61,499 nt of DNA from an uncultured Piscirickettsiaceae bacterium. GTDB lineage: Bacteria > Pseudomonadota > Gammaproteobacteria > GCF-002020875. The number at the start of each line of letters is the position of its first letter. Position 1 is the first letter of the stretch. The position numbers were made by a program, and so were the translations under genes. The notes under the pieces were generated by a model, which ran no database searches, was not told the origin of the DNA, and saw only the letters and a list, made by a program, of their open reading frames with translations. Location of the stretch: the NCBI GenBank assembly GCA_964551545.1, contig CAZKCT010000006.1, positions 1 to 61,499 of the forward strand, in the 5' to 3' direction. Below are positions 11,033 through 22,251 of this stretch, piece by piece.

Positions 11033-12299
11033 TGCAGACAACAGTGCGTCTGAGATTCGTAACTTTACCCTGAATTTTGGTCCTCAGCATCCGGCGGCGC
11101 ATGGTGTATTGCGCCTGATCCTGGAGATGGATGGTGAGACCATCGATCGTGCAGACCCCCATATCGGCCTACTTCACCGGGCGACCGAGAAGCTGGCTGA
11201 GCAGCGCATGTTCAATCAGTCCATCCCCTACATGGATCGCCTCGATTATGTCTCAATGATGTGTAATGAGCATGCCTACTGCATGACCATTGAGAAAATG
11301 TTGGGGCTGGAGGTGCCGGAGCGCGCCCAATATATCCGGGTGATGTATGACGAGATTACCCGCATCCTCAACCATCTGATGTGGTTGGGAACCCATGCGT
11401 TGGATGTGGGTGCAATGACAGTTTTCCTCTACTGCTTCCGTGAGCGTGAGGACTTGATGGATCTCTATGAGGCGGTCTCTGGTGCACGGATGCACGCGGC
11501 CTACTATCGTCCAGGTGGGGTCTATCGTGATCTGCCGGACGAGATGCCGAAACATAAGCCGAACCAGTGGCGTAGTGAGAAAGATCTGGCGCGACAGAAT
11601 ATTGGACGAGATGGCTCTGTGCTCGATTTCATCGAGAACTTCACGGAGCGTTTTCCAAAACTGGTCGATGAGTATGAGACTCTGCTGACCGATAATCGGA
11701 TCTGGAAGCAGCGTACTGTGGATATCGGTGTCATTGATGCCGATATGGCCAAGCAGCTCGGCTTTACTGGTCCGATGCTGCGTGGTTCAGGCGTTGCCTG
11801 GGACTTGCGTCGCAAAGAGCCTTACGAGGTCTACGACAAGCTCGATTTCGAAATTCCGGTTGGGGTCAATGGTGATTGCTATGACCGTTATCTGGTCCGC
11901 ATTGAAGAGATGCGCCAGTCCAACCGCATCATCAAGCAGTGCGTCGATTGGCTGAGACAGAATCCAGGCTTGGTGATGGCGGAAGATCACAAGGTGACAC
12001 CACCGCCGCGCCAGGAGATGAAAGAGGGGATGGAATCCCTGATCCACCACTTCAAATACTTCACCGAAGGGTACAGCGTGCCAGCGGGTGAGGCCTACGC
12101 TGCAGTGGAGCACCCGAAAGGGGAGTTTGGTACTTATATCCTCTCGGATGGCGCCAATAAGCCCTATCGACTGAAGATTCGAGCCCCCGGCTTCGCTCAC
12201 CTCTCTGCCATGGATGACATGGTGAAGGGACATATGCTCGCGGATGTGGTGGCGGTGATCGGTACCATGGATGTGGTCTTTGGTGAAATTGACAGATAA
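11022..12299 (+). CDS. nuoD: NADH-quinone oxidoreductase subunit D
   Basis: Motifs [15 protein letters not shown] and HRATEKL. The C-terminus is VFGEIDR. Confidence 0.95.
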   Translation: MSSNADNSASEIRNFTLNFGPQHPAAHGVLRLILEMDGETIDRADPHIGLLHRATEKLAEQRMFNQSIPYMDRLDYVSMMCNEHAYCMTIEKMLGLEVPERAQYIRVMYDEITRILNHLMWLGTHALDVGAMTVFLYCFREREDLMDLYEAVSGARMHAAYYRPGGVYRDLPDEMPKHKPNQWRSEKDLARQNIGRDGSVLDFIENFTERFPKLVDEYETLLTDNRIWKQRTVDIGVIDADMAKQLGFTGPMLRGSGVAWDLRRKEPYEVYDKLDFEIPVGVNGDCYDRYLVRIEEMRQSNRIIKQCVDWLRQNPGLVMAEDHKVTPPPRQEMKEGMESLIHHFKYFTEGYSVPAGEAYAAVEHPKGEFGTYILSDGANKPYRLKIRAPGFAHLSAMDDMVKGHMLADVVAVIGTMDVVFGEIDR

Positions 12300-12322
12300 G
12301 TCAAAACAGTACAAAAGAATTA

Positions 12323-12817
12323 ATGATGCCAGAAATGATTTCAGACGAATCCAGAGCCGATATTGATCGCTGGGTTGCCAAATATCCAGATGAGCAGAAG
12401 CAGTCTGCGGTGATGGCTGCACTGCGTATCGTTCAGGATCAGAACGGCGGATATCTGACGCAGGAGCTGATGGACGCGGTTGCAGGGTATCTGGAGATGC
12501 CGCCAATCAGTGTTTATGAGGTGGCGACCTTCTATTCGATGTATGAGCACAAGCCACAGGGTAAACACAAGCTCTGTGTCTGCACCAACATCTCTTGTAT
12601 GTTGCGAAACTCCAAACAGGTAGTCGACCATCTGCAAGAGAAGCTGGAGATCGGTTTTGGTGAGGTGACGGAGGACGGGATGTTCTCGCTCAAAGAGGTC
12701 GAGTGCCTCGGCGCTTGTGTCAACGCACCGGTAATGCAGGTCGGGGAGCACTATCATGAGCACCTTGATCCTGCAAAAATTGATGAACTGCTTGAGACGC
12801 TGAGGAAGGAGGGATAA
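12323..12817 (+). CDS. nuoE: NADH-quinone oxidoreductase subunit E
   Basis: 2Fe-2S ligand cysteines are present (CVCTNISC ... CLGACVNAP). Confidence 0.93.
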   Translation: MMPEMISDESRADIDRWVAKYPDEQKQSAVMAALRIVQDQNGGYLTQELMDAVAGYLEMPPISVYEVATFYSMYEHKPQGKHKLCVCTNISCMLRNSKQVVDHLQEKLEIGFGEVTEDGMFSLKEVECLGACVNAPVMQVGEHYHEHLDPAKIDELLETLRKEG

Positions 12818-12819
12818 CC

Positions 12820-14097
12820 ATGGCGAATCAGGTCTGTTTCCGTAATAACCATCTCGAGAATTCCTGGACACTGGAGGCCTACCAGAGTAATGGTGGCTAT
12901 GAGGTTCTGAAGAAGATCTTGAGTGAGAAGCGCCCGGCTGAGGATCTGATTGAAGAGATCAAGACCTCTGGACTGCGTGGGCGTGGCGGTGCCGGTTTTC
13001 CTACGGGCTTGAAGTGGAGCTTCATGCCGCGCAATGCACCTGGACAGAAGTACATTGTCTGCAACTCGGATGAGGGTGAGCCTGGAACCTGCAAGGATCG
13101 GGATATTCTCCGCTATAACCCGCATCAGTTGATTGAGGGGATGATCATTGCGGGCTACTGCATTGGTGCATCTGCAGGTTATAACTATATTCGTGGTGAA
13201 TTCTGGGAGCCGTATAGTCGCTTCCAGGGCGCGCTGGAAGAGGCTCGCGCAGCGGGCATTCTGGGTGACAATATCTTTGGAAGTGGCTTCGGTTTTACGC
13301 TGGATGCGCACCTCGGTGCAGGTGCTTATGTCTGTGGTGAGGAGACGGCGCTACTCAACTCCATTGAGGGGAAGAAAGGGCAGCCTCGCTTCAAGCCACC
13401 GTTCCCGGCTGGTTTTGGTCTCTATGGCCGCCCAACCACCATTAACAATACGGAGAGCCTCGCCTCGATCCCGGCGATTCTCGCCAACGGCGGACAGTGG
13501 TTTGCCGATTTGGGTGTTCCCAATGCGGGGGGCGAAAAACTATATTCAGTCTCTGGGCATGTTAATAAGCCTGGCAACTATGAGGTGCCGATGGGGACCC
13601 CATTTTCTGAGTTGCTAGAAATGGCGGGTGGTGTACGTGATGGTCACAAGCTGAAGGCGGTGATTCCCGGCGGCTCATCCACTCCGGTGGTTCCTGGTGA
13701 GGTGATGATGGATGTCAATATGGATTATGACTCCATCTCTGCGGCAGGCTCCATGCTGGGTGCTGGTTCGGTGATTGTCATTGATGACTCTGCCTGTATG
13801 CCACGCATTCTGGAACGACTCTCCTATTTTTATTACGAAGAGTCATGCGGCCAGTGTACCCCGTGTCGTGAGGGGACTGGCTGGCTCTATCGTGTATTGA
13901 AGCGGATTGAGGCAGGTGAAGGGACTCTTGAGGACCTTGAGCTGCTGGATAACGTGGCTGGAAATATTGAGGGGAATACCATCTGTGCATTGGGTGATGC
14001 AGCGGCCATGCCGGTACGCAGTTTCCTTAAGCACTACCGTGATGAGTTCCAGTACCACATCGATCATAAAACCTGCATGGTGAAATCGGATTGGTAG
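12820..14097 (+). CDS. nuoF: NADH-quinone oxidoreductase subunit F
   Basis: FMN/NADH motifs [10 protein letters not shown] and [14 protein letters not shown]. The 4Fe-4S motif is [12 protein letters not shown]. Confidence 0.95.
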   Translation: MANQVCFRNNHLENSWTLEAYQSNGGYEVLKKILSEKRPAEDLIEEIKTSGLRGRGGAGFPTGLKWSFMPRNAPGQKYIVCNSDEGEPGTCKDRDILRYNPHQLIEGMIIAGYCIGASAGYNYIRGEFWEPYSRFQGALEEARAAGILGDNIFGSGFGFTLDAHLGAGAYVCGEETALLNSIEGKKGQPRFKPPFPAGFGLYGRPTTINNTESLASIPAILANGGQWFADLGVPNAGGEKLYSVSGHVNKPGNYEVPMGTPFSELLEMAGGVRDGHKLKAVIPGGSSTPVVPGEVMMDVNMDYDSISAAGSMLGAGSVIVIDDSACMPRILERLSYFYYEESCGQCTPCREGTGWLYRVLKRIEAGEGTLEDLELLDNVAGNIEGNTICALGDAAAMPVRSFLKHYRDEFQYHIDHKTCMVKSDW

Positions 14098-14110
14098 GAG
14101 AAGATCAGCA

Positions 14111-16222
14111 ATGAGTCAACAAGAGTCAAGCTCTCTTACAATTCAGGTCAATGACATCGAGCTCTCTGCGGAGCAGGGGCAGATGTTGATCGAGGTGGCC
14201 GATGCCAATGGCATCGAGATTCCCCGTTTCTGCTACCACAAGAAATTATCCGTCTCTGCTAACTGCCGTATGTGTCTGGTTGAGGTGGAGAATGCACCCA
14301 AGATGCTTCCCGCCTGTGCAACCCCAGTCACTGACGGGATGAAGGCATGGACTAAATCTCCCAAGGCGATTGCGGCACAGAAGAGTGTCATGGAATTCTT
14401 GCTGATTAACCATCCGCTCGACTGCCCGGTCTGTGATCAGGGTGGAGAGTGTGACCTGCAGGAGATTGCGGTCGGTTATGGTGGTGATCAGGCGCGCTAT
14501 CAAGAGAAGAAACGCATCGTCAAAGACAAAGAGTATGGTCCGCTGGTCTCTACTGAGATGACTCGCTGTATCCACTGTACCCGCTGTGTCCGCTTTGGTG
14601 TCGAGATTGCCGGAATTCCAGAGATTGGTGGTACCGGTCGTGGCGACCATATGGAGATCGGGACCTACGTACAGAAGTCCCTGAGCTCTGAGCTTTCCGG
14701 AAATATCATTGATCTCTGTCCTGTGGGGGCACTGCTCTCCAAGCCGTTCCTCTATACCGCACGCAGCTGGGAGATGAAGAGTTATCCCGGTGTGGCACCG
14801 CATGATGCGGTGGGCTCTAACGTACAGATTCAGGTGAGGAATGGCGAAGTGATGCGAGTCATTCCACAAGAGAATGAGGCAATCAACGAGATCTGGATCT
14901 CGGATCGTGACCGTTTCAGCTATCTCGGACTAAATGAGGATCGTTGCACGCAGCCGATGGTTCGCAACAGCAAAGGCGTGTTGGTAGAGAGCGACTGGCA
15001 AGGGGCATTGGATGCCGCAGTGAAGGGGCTACAGGCTGCAGGGAACGGCTCAGCAGCGCTGGTATCGCCCAGCAGTACGGTGGAAGAGCTCTATCTATTG
15101 AAACAGTTGATGGGTGGGCTAGGGTCCGCCAATGTTGATCATCGTCTCGGACAGCAAGATTTCTCTGGCGTAGCGAGCGCCCCACAACTCAATCTCTCTC
15201 TGCAGGCAGTTGAGCAACAGAATGCAATTTTGGTGGTGGGTTCTAATCTCCGTCACGAGCAACCGCTGCTGGCGCACCGTGTGCGTAAGGCGGCCCTTGC
15301 GGGTGCGGCAGTGAGTGCGATCAATCCGGATGGCGTTCCATTCACATTTGATCTGACCGCAGAGGTGGTCAGTGATCAATTCACCTCAATACTGGCTGGC
15401 GTCGCCAAGGCGATGCTAGAGATGGGGAGAGGCGATACACTCTCTGGCCTGCAGGCACTGGTCGATGGTGTCACGGTTGAAGAAACGCAGCGTGCAATGG
15501 CCAATAGCCTGATTGAGGGAGAGACCTCGATGGTGCTGTTGGGCGGCCTGGTTTATCGTGATCAGAATCGTGCTGTTCTGGAGCAGCTGGCGACGGCAAT
15601 CTGTGAGATGTCTGGAGCAACGCTCGGTTGTGTCACGGAAGGGGCCAATGCGGTGGGTGCTGTTGCTGTTGGCGCAATGCCTGCAGCGGGTGGCATGAAT
15701 GCCTCAGAGATCATGGCAGGTTCGCATGCAGCAATGTTGTTGTTGGGTATTGAGGGAGAGGATCTCTCAAACCGTCATGCGGTAGAGAATAGTGAATTCG
15801 TGGTTGCAGTCAGCGCCTTTGAGGATGAGTTGATTCGTCAGCATGCTGATGTCATTCTGCCAATGGCTGCATTTACCGAGACCTCCGGTACTTTCGTCAA
15901 TATGGAAGGCTGTTGGCAAAGCTTCCAGGGTGTGGTTGCCCCAAAAGGGGAAGCGCGTCCTGGATGGAAGATTTTACGTGTGCTCGGCACCATGGCAAAC
16001 CTCGATGGGTTTGAGCTGGATAGCTCTGAAGCGGTACTGGAAGCAGCGAAAGGGACGGCACAGGAGGCAGCAGCTATCAGCTGGAGTGCGCCTGCAGACC
16101 TGGGACAGATTGATGCGACTGCATCATCGGGTCACTCGATCTATCGGGTTGATCCACTGGTGCGTCGCTCCGGGCCACTGCAGCAAAGTCCACTGGGTGG
16201 GGCTAGAGAGGAGGTTGCATAA
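14111..16222 (+). CDS. nuoG: NADH-quinone oxidoreductase subunit G
   Basis: N-terminal 2Fe-2S and 4Fe-4S motifs are present ([32 protein letters not shown]), followed by a molybdopterin-like domain. Confidence 0.93.
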   Translation: MSQQESSSLTIQVNDIELSAEQGQMLIEVADANGIEIPRFCYHKKLSVSANCRMCLVEVENAPKMLPACATPVTDGMKAWTKSPKAIAAQKSVMEFLLINHPLDCPVCDQGGECDLQEIAVGYGGDQARYQEKKRIVKDKEYGPLVSTEMTRCIHCTRCVRFGVEIAGIPEIGGTGRGDHMEIGTYVQKSLSSELSGNIIDLCPVGALLSKPFLYTARSWEMKSYPGVAPHDAVGSNVQIQVRNGEVMRVIPQENEAINEIWISDRDRFSYLGLNEDRCTQPMVRNSKGVLVESDWQGALDAAVKGLQAAGNGSAALVSPSSTVEELYLLKQLMGGLGSANVDHRLGQQDFSGVASAPQLNLSLQAVEQQNAILVVGSNLRHEQPLLAHRVRKAALAGAAVSAINPDGVPFTFDLTAEVVSDQFTSILAGVAKAMLEMGRGDTLSGLQALVDGVTVEETQRAMANSLIEGETSMVLLGGLVYRDQNRAVLEQLATAICEMSGATLGCVTEGANAVGAVAVGAMPAAGGMNASEIMAGSHAAMLLLGIEGEDLSNRHAVENSEFVVAVSAFEDELIRQHADVILPMAAFTETSGTFVNMEGCWQSFQGVVAPKGEARPGWKILRVLGTMANLDGFELDSSEAVLEAAKGTAQEAAAISWSAPADLGQIDATASSGHSIYRVDPLVRRSGPLQQSPLGGAREEVA

Positions 16223-17277
16223 TGTTTGAATTCTCCGATCAACTGATTGAGGTGCTCTGGACACTGCTCAAAATTGTGGTGATTGTTGCGCCGCTGATGC
16301 TTGGCGTCGCTTATCTCACCTACGCCGAACGCAAGATTATCGGTTTCATGCAGGTCCGCGTCGGACCGCAGCGTGTTGGTTATAAGGGGTTGTTGCAGCC
16401 CATCGCTGATGCACTCAAGCTGATGCTGAAGGAGATTATCCTTCCAACCGGTGCCAACAAGATTCTTTTTGTGGTCGCGCCAATTCTGTCGATTGCCCCA
16501 GCGCTGGCGGCGTGGGCGGTGATTCCGTTTGATGATGGCATGGTGCTCTCTGATCTGGATGCAGGGTTACTCTATATTCTCGCGCTTACCTCAGTGGGTG
16601 TCTATGGTGTGATCATTGCGGGCTGGGCCTCCAACTCCAAGTATGCCTTCCTCGGTGCTATGCGCTCGGCGGCGCAGGTGGTCTCCTACGAGATTGCGAT
16701 GGGCTTCGCACTGGTAGGCGTGTTGATGGCTGCCGGCAGCCTCAATCTAGGCGACATCGTGCGGGCGCAGGATGGAAATATCCTCACCTGGTACTGGTTG
16801 CCGTTGTTGCCGCTGTTTGTGGTCTATTTCCTCTCCGGGGTTGCAGAGACCAACCGTGCGCCATTTGACGTGGCTGAGGGTGAGTCTGAGATCGTTGCCG
16901 GCTTCCATGTTGAGTACTCGGGCATGACCTTTGCGATCTTCTTCCTCGCCGAGTATGCCAATATGATTTTGATTGCGGCGCTGACCAGCATTCTGTTCCT
17001 CGGTGGATGGCTCTCTCCATTCCAGGGAATTCCAGTACTGGATGAGATGACCGCCTGGATTCCAGGACTGTTCTGGCTGTTGGCGAAGATGTCGATTTTC
17101 CTCTTCCTCTTTCTCTGGTTCCGTGCCACTTTCCCTCGTTATCGTTATGACCAGATTATGCGCCTGGGGTGGAAGGCCTTCCTTCCGGTCACCATTGTCT
17201 GGCTCTTTGTTGAAGGTGTCGCGATCTATGCGGAACTCGGTCCCTGGTTTGATGGAGTATTGGGAGCGGCATCATGA
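16222..17277 (+). CDS. nuoH: NADH-quinone oxidoreductase subunit H
   Basis: Polytopic membrane protein with [15 protein letters not shown] and [15 protein letters not shown] motifs. Confidence 0.95.
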   Translation: MFEFSDQLIEVLWTLLKIVVIVAPLMLGVAYLTYAERKIIGFMQVRVGPQRVGYKGLLQPIADALKLMLKEIILPTGANKILFVVAPILSIAPALAAWAVIPFDDGMVLSDLDAGLLYILALTSVGVYGVIIAGWASNSKYAFLGAMRSAAQVVSYEIAMGFALVGVLMAAGSLNLGDIVRAQDGNILTWYWLPLLPLFVVYFLSGVAETNRAPFDVAEGESEIVAGFHVEYSGMTFAIFFLAEYANMILIAALTSILFLGGWLSPFQGIPVLDEMTAWIPGLFWLLAKMSIFLFLFLWFRATFPRYRYDQIMRLGWKAFLPVTIVWLFVEGVAIYAELGPWFDGVLGAAS

Positions 17278-17807
17278 TGAAAAAAATGAAAAAGCTCTTC
17301 CAGACCTGGACACTGCTGGAACTCTTCCAAGGGCTGAGCGTGACCGGAAAATATTTTTTCCGTAAAAAATTCACCCTCAACTACCCAGAAGAGAAGGCTC
17401 CTCAATCCCCCCGTTTCCGCGGATTGCACGCACTGCGTCGTTATGAGGATGGGGAAGAGCGCTGTATCGCCTGTAAACTGTGTGAGGCAGTTTGCCCAGC
17501 GATGGCCATTACCATTGAGGCAGCACCTCGTAATGAGGATGCTCCTGAGATCAATGGGGCAGGGCGTTCAAGCAACTACGGCAACCGTCGTACCACCCGT
17601 TATGACATTGACTTGTTCAAATGTATCTTCTGCGGTTACTGCGAAGAGGCATGTCCGGTGGATGCAATTGTCGAGACCCGAATTTATGAATACAGCTTTG
17701 AGTCCCGTAAAGGCTCGGTGATTACCAAGGAGGAGCTGTTGAGGATTGGTGACCAGAATGAGGCCCAGTTGGCGGCAGACCTTGCTGTCGATGGGAAATA
17801 CCGATGA
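17274..17807 (+). CDS. nuoI: NADH-quinone oxidoreductase subunit I
   Basis: Two ferredoxin motifs, [12 protein letters not shown] and [12 protein letters not shown]. Extra residues lie between them (see findings). Confidence 0.93.
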   Translation: MMKKMKKLFQTWTLLELFQGLSVTGKYFFRKKFTLNYPEEKAPQSPRFRGLHALRRYEDGEERCIACKLCEAVCPAMAITIEAAPRNEDAPEINGAGRSSNYGNRRTTRYDIDLFKCIFCGYCEEACPVDAIVETRIYEYSFESRKGSVITKEELLRIGDQNEAQLAADLAVDGKYR

Positions 17808-18409
17808 CCACGATTCTATTCTATCTATTTAGCGCCATTCTGCTGGTTGCCGGCTTCAAGGTGATCACTGCAAAGAATGCGGTGCATGCAGCAATGTTTC
17901 TGATTCTCGCCTTCTTTACCACTGCGGCACTTTGGCTGTTGTTGGAGGCGGAGTTCCTCGCCATTACCCTGGTCTTAGTCTATGTGGGGGCGGTGATGGT
18001 GCTGTTCCTGTTCGTGGTGATGATGCTGGATGTCAATATGGAGCCACTGCGTGAGGGCTTTACCCGTTACTTCCCTGCGGGTGCATTGGTTGCGGCCACC
18101 ATCGTGGTGGAAATGGGGCTGGTATTGGGGGGGCGCTACTTTGGCACAGACAACTTCCCGGCACCGGTGCCACATGGCCCTGACTACAGTAATACCAAAG
18201 AGCTGGGAGAGCAGCTCTACACAACTCATGTGTTCTCATTTGAAGTGGCGGCAGCGATTCTGTTGATTGCGATTGTGGCGGCCATTGGACTCACTTTCCG
18301 CAAGCGTCCTGATAGTGAGAGTCGCAAGCAAGATATTCCACATCAGCATCGTGTTGATCGCGAGGATCGTGTACGACTACTCGATATCCGAGAGGAGGGT
18401 GAGGCATGA
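17804..18409 (+). CDS. nuoJ: NADH-quinone oxidoreductase subunit J
   Basis: Membrane protein in the operon position between nuoI and nuoK. It contains the [17 protein letters not shown] segment. Confidence 0.9.
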   Translation: MTTILFYLFSAILLVAGFKVITAKNAVHAAMFLILAFFTTAALWLLLEAEFLAITLVLVYVGAVMVLFLFVVMMLDVNMEPLREGFTRYFPAGALVAATIVVEMGLVLGGRYFGTDNFPAPVPHGPDYSNTKELGEQLYTTHVFSFEVAAAILLIAIVAAIGLTFRKRPDSESRKQDIPHQHRVDREDRVRLLDIREEGEA

Positions 18410-18711
18410 TTGAACTATCGGATTGGTTGATGTTGGCGGCACTGCTGTTCACCATGAGTATGGCCGGAATCTTCCTCAACCGGAAAAATGTGATCATTCT
18501 ATTGATGGCAATCGAATTGATGTTGCTCTCAATTAATATCAATTTTGTCGCCTTCTCTCACTACCTGGGGGACCCCAACGGACAGATCTTCGTCTTCTTT
18601 ATTCTCACGGTCGCTGCAGCCGAGGCCGCTATTGGGTTGGCCATTTTGGTGCTACTGTTCCGTAACCGCCGAACCATTAATGTCGATGATCTCGACACGT
18701 TGAAGGGGTAG
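18406..18711 (+). CDS. nuoK: NADH-quinone oxidoreductase subunit K
   Basis: 101-aa protein with three TM segments and the [13 protein letters not shown] motif. Confidence 0.92.
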   Translation: MIELSDWLMLAALLFTMSMAGIFLNRKNVIILLMAIELMLLSININFVAFSHYLGDPNGQIFVFFILTVAAAEAAIGLAILVLLFRNRRTINVDDLDTLKG

Positions 18712-18715
18712 AGCT

Positions 18716-20710
18716 ATGGAGATGAAATCAGTCTACCTGGGAATTATTTTGGCACCGTTGGTGGGTGCGATTCTGGCGGGTGTCTTCGGTCACTGGATGG
18801 AACGAAAGGTGGCACACATTGTCACCATTACCGGTGTGGCAGTGGCCTTTGTGCTTTCGCTGATTGTATTCCAGGATACTGCGATCAACGGCAACACCTT
18901 TAATGGGAATGTCTATACCTGGATGGTGAGTGGGGGGGTGAGCTTCCATGTAGGCCTCCTGGTGGATCAACTGACTGCCATGATGTTGGTGGTGGTGAGC
19001 TTTGTTTCATTGATGGTTCACATCTATACCATCGGTTACATGCAGGAAGATCCAGGCTATAAGCGCTTCTTCAGCTACATTTCGCTCTTCACCTTCTCCA
19101 TGTTTATGTTGGTGATGTCGAACAACTTCATGCAGCTCTTCTTCGGCTGGGAGGCAGTGGGTGTTGTCTCTTATCTGTTGATCGGTTTCTGGTTCAATAA
19201 AGAGACAGCGATCTACGCCAATCTCAAGGCATTCCTGGTCAACCGTGTCGGTGACTTTGGCTTCCTGCTCGGTATTGCGGGCGTGTTGCTCTACTTTGGC
19301 TCCCTCGATTATGCAGAGGTCTTTGCCGGTACCGATAGTGTGGTCGGGCAGACTATTAATGTCTGGGGAGAGAGCGAATGGTCGGTGATGACGCTGATCT
19401 GTATTTTGCTCTTTATCGGTGCAATGGGTAAATCAGCACAAGTGCCACTGCATGTCTGGCTGCCTGACTCAATGGAGGGCCCAACCCCGATCTCTGCATT
19501 GATCCACGCCGCAACCATGGTGACTGCGGGTATCTTTATGGTAGCGCGGATGTCTCCACTGTTTGAGCTCTCCGAGACTGCGCTCTCAGTGGTATTGGTG
19601 ATTGGTGCCATTACGGCACTCTTTATGGGCTTCCTGGGTCTGGTGCAGCACGACATCAAACGTGTGGTGGCCTATTCAACGCTCTCTCAGCTCGGTTATA
19701 TGACGGTGGCGCTCGGTGCTTCCGCCTATGCGGCGGGCGTCTTCCATCTGATGACCCACGCCTTCTTCAAGGCGCTGCTCTTCCTCGCGGCTGGTTCGGT
19801 GATTATTGCGATGCACCATGAGCAGGATATGCGCAACATGGGTGGGCTGAAGAAGTACATGCCAATCACCTACTGGACCTCACTGGTTGGTTCGCTGGCA
19901 CTGATTGGATTCCCCGGTTTTGCTGGCTTCTTCTCCAAGGATGCGATTATCGAGGCCGTTCACGCCTCGACCACAGCGGGTGCTAGTTTCGCTTACATTG
20001 CCGTACTGATGGGGGTCTTCATCACGGCACTTTACAGTTTCCGTATGTTCTTCCTGGTCTTCCATGGCAAGGAGCGCTTCCAGAGTGGAGGAGATGGTCA
20101 TGATGATCATGGGGATGACCACCACGGTCATGGCGGCACACCGCATGAGACGCCATGGGTGGTGACCGGTCCGTTGGTTGCGTTGGCGATCCCCTCGGTC
20201 ATTATAGGTGCACTTTACGTGGAGCCGATGCTGTTTGCCGGATTCTTCGGTGATGCGATTCAGGTCAAGCCTGAGCATGATGTACTGGCGCAACTGGCGG
20301 CTGGTTACCATGGAGTGATGGGCTTTGTCCTTCACGGCATGATGATGCCGCCGTTCTGGTTGGCGATGGCGGGTGTCGGTACGGCTTACTATTTCTATAT
20401 GGTACGCCCCGATATTCCCGAGGCGATCAAGCAACGCTTCTCGGGTATCCACGCGTTACTGGAAAACAAGTACGGCTTTGACAGCTTTAATGAAGTGGTT
20501 TTTGCAGGGGGCTCTCGCGGAATCGGTGGGTTGCTCTGGAAAATTGGTGACATGAAGTTGATCGACGGATTGATTGTGAATGGCTCAGCCTATGGCGTTG
20601 GAAAGATTGCCGCCTTGGTTCGTCATCTGCAGAGCGGATATCTCTACCACTACGCCTTCGCAATGATTATCGGTCTGCTGGTGATGCTGGCCTGGGTACT
20701 TTACCGATAG
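18716..20710 (+). CDS. nuoL: NADH-quinone oxidoreductase subunit L
   Basis: Antiporter-like subunit with WEAVGVVSYLLIGFW and SAQVPLHVWLPDSMEGPTP motifs. Confidence 0.95.
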   Translation: MEMKSVYLGIILAPLVGAILAGVFGHWMERKVAHIVTITGVAVAFVLSLIVFQDTAINGNTFNGNVYTWMVSGGVSFHVGLLVDQLTAMMLVVVSFVSLMVHIYTIGYMQEDPGYKRFFSYISLFTFSMFMLVMSNNFMQLFFGWEAVGVVSYLLIGFWFNKETAIYANLKAFLVNRVGDFGFLLGIAGVLLYFGSLDYAEVFAGTDSVVGQTINVWGESEWSVMTLICILLFIGAMGKSAQVPLHVWLPDSMEGPTPISALIHAATMVTAGIFMVARMSPLFELSETALSVVLVIGAITALFMGFLGLVQHDIKRVVAYSTLSQLGYMTVALGASAYAAGVFHLMTHAFFKALLFLAAGSVIIAMHHEQDMRNMGGLKKYMPITYWTSLVGSLALIGFPGFAGFFSKDAIIEAVHASTTAGASFAYIAVLMGVFITALYSFRMFFLVFHGKERFQSGGDGHDDHGDDHHGHGGTPHETPWVVTGPLVALAIPSVIIGALYVEPMLFAGFFGDAIQVKPEHDVLAQLAAGYHGVMGFVLHGMMMPPFWLAMAGVGTAYYFYMVRPDIPEAIKQRFSGIHALLENKYGFDSFNEVVFAGGSRGIGGLLWKIGDMKLIDGLIVNGSAYGVGKIAALVRHLQSGYLYHYAFAMIIGLLVMLAWVLYR

Positions 20711-20725
20711 GGATTACGGAATATC

Positions 20726-22240
20726 ATGGATTCAACTAGCAACATTCTAAGCCTGCTGATCTGGATGCCCATCGTGGGTGGTCTGCTAACGCTGGCGGCT
20801 GGAGATCGACGTGGTGTGCTGGGACGTGTTACAGCACTGGCTTTTGCTATCATCACTTTGTTGATCTCGCTCTCCCTATGGAACGGCTTTGATCGCTCCA
20901 CCCACCTGATGCAGTTTGTCGAGCTGATCCCCTGGATTGAGCCATTCAACATCAACTACCACTTGGGTGTGGATGGTATCTCCATGCCGTTCATTGTCCT
21001 CACCAGCTTTATTACAGTGATTGTGGTGATTGCTGGTTGGGAAGTGATTCAGGATCGCAACTCGCAGTATATGGCAGCATTCTTGATGATGACCGGGCTG
21101 ATGAACGGTGTTTTTGCAGCACTGGACGCAATCCTCTTCTACATCTTCTGGGAGGCGATGCTGATTCCGATGTTTATCATCATCGGTGTCTGGGGTGGTC
21201 CAAACCGCGTTTACGCAACCATCAAGTTCTTCCTCTACACCTTCCTTGGATCAGTCTTCATGCTGATCTCTCTACTCTGGCTCTACAGCGAGAGTGGCAC
21301 CTTCTCGATCCTGGCCTACCATGATCTGAAGATTGGTATGACAGCGCAGATGTTGATCTTCTTTGCTTTCCTACTTGCCTTTGCGGTCAAGGTGCCGATG
21401 TGGCCGGTCCACACCTGGTTGCCGGATGCCCACGTAGAGGCGCCAACCGGTGGTTCGGTGGTGCTGGCGGCAATCATGCTGAAGATGGGTGCCTACGGCT
21501 TCCTCCGCTTCAGTCTGCCGATTGTGCCGGATGCGAGCAGTGAGCTGGATACCTTCATGATCACGCTGTCGCTGATTGCAGTGGTCTACATTGGATTTGT
21601 GGCACTGGTACAGCAGGATATGAAGAAGCTGATCGCCTATTCATCGATCTCCCATATGGGCTTTGTAACCTTGGGCTTCTTTATTCCGTTCCTGATCTTC
21701 AAGCAGAGCGGTAGCATGGAAGGGGCCGCGATTGGTGTCGAGGGTGCACTGGCACAGATGATCTCGCACGGATTTATTTCAGGGGCAATGTTCCTCAGCG
21801 TTGGTGTGCTTTATGACCGTCTCCACTCCCGTCAGATTGGGGATTATGGTGGTGTTGCCAATACCATGCCAGCGTTTGCTGCCTTCATGCTCTTCTTCTC
21901 GATGGCCAATGCGGGGTTGCCCGGCACTTCAGGCTTCGTTGGCGAATTCATGGTGATTCTCGGGGCCTTCCGTGCCAACTTCTGGATCGCATTCCTTGCC
22001 GCAACAACGTTGATTCTTGGTGCCGCCTATACCCTGTGGATGTACAAGCGTGTGGTCTACGGCAAGGTCGGCAATGAGAAGGTCGCTGGTCTGAGTGATA
22101 TGAACAAGCGTGAATTCCTGATGATGGCCATCTTGGCGGCAGCCGTGTTGGGGATGGGGCTCTATCCCGCACCGATCATCGATGTGATGCATGCCTCGGT
22201 CGACCACCTGCTGCAGCAGATGACGGTCTCGAAACTGTAG
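20726..22240 (+). CDS. nuoM: NADH-quinone oxidoreductase subunit M
   Basis: Antiporter-like subunit with the VKVPMWPVHTWLPDAHVEAPT motif. Confidence 0.95.
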   Translation: MDSTSNILSLLIWMPIVGGLLTLAAGDRRGVLGRVTALAFAIITLLISLSLWNGFDRSTHLMQFVELIPWIEPFNINYHLGVDGISMPFIVLTSFITVIVVIAGWEVIQDRNSQYMAAFLMMTGLMNGVFAALDAILFYIFWEAMLIPMFIIIGVWGGPNRVYATIKFFLYTFLGSVFMLISLLWLYSESGTFSILAYHDLKIGMTAQMLIFFAFLLAFAVKVPMWPVHTWLPDAHVEAPTGGSVVLAAIMLKMGAYGFLRFSLPIVPDASSELDTFMITLSLIAVVYIGFVALVQQDMKKLIAYSSISHMGFVTLGFFIPFLIFKQSGSMEGAAIGVEGALAQMISHGFISGAMFLSVGVLYDRLHSRQIGDYGGVANTMPAFAAFMLFFSMANAGLPGTSGFVGEFMVILGAFRANFWIAFLAATTLILGAAYTLWMYKRVVYGKVGNEKVAGLSDMNKREFLMMAILAAAVLGMGLYPAPIIDVMHASVDHLLQQMTVSKL

Positions 22241-22251
22241 GAGTGTAGAAA

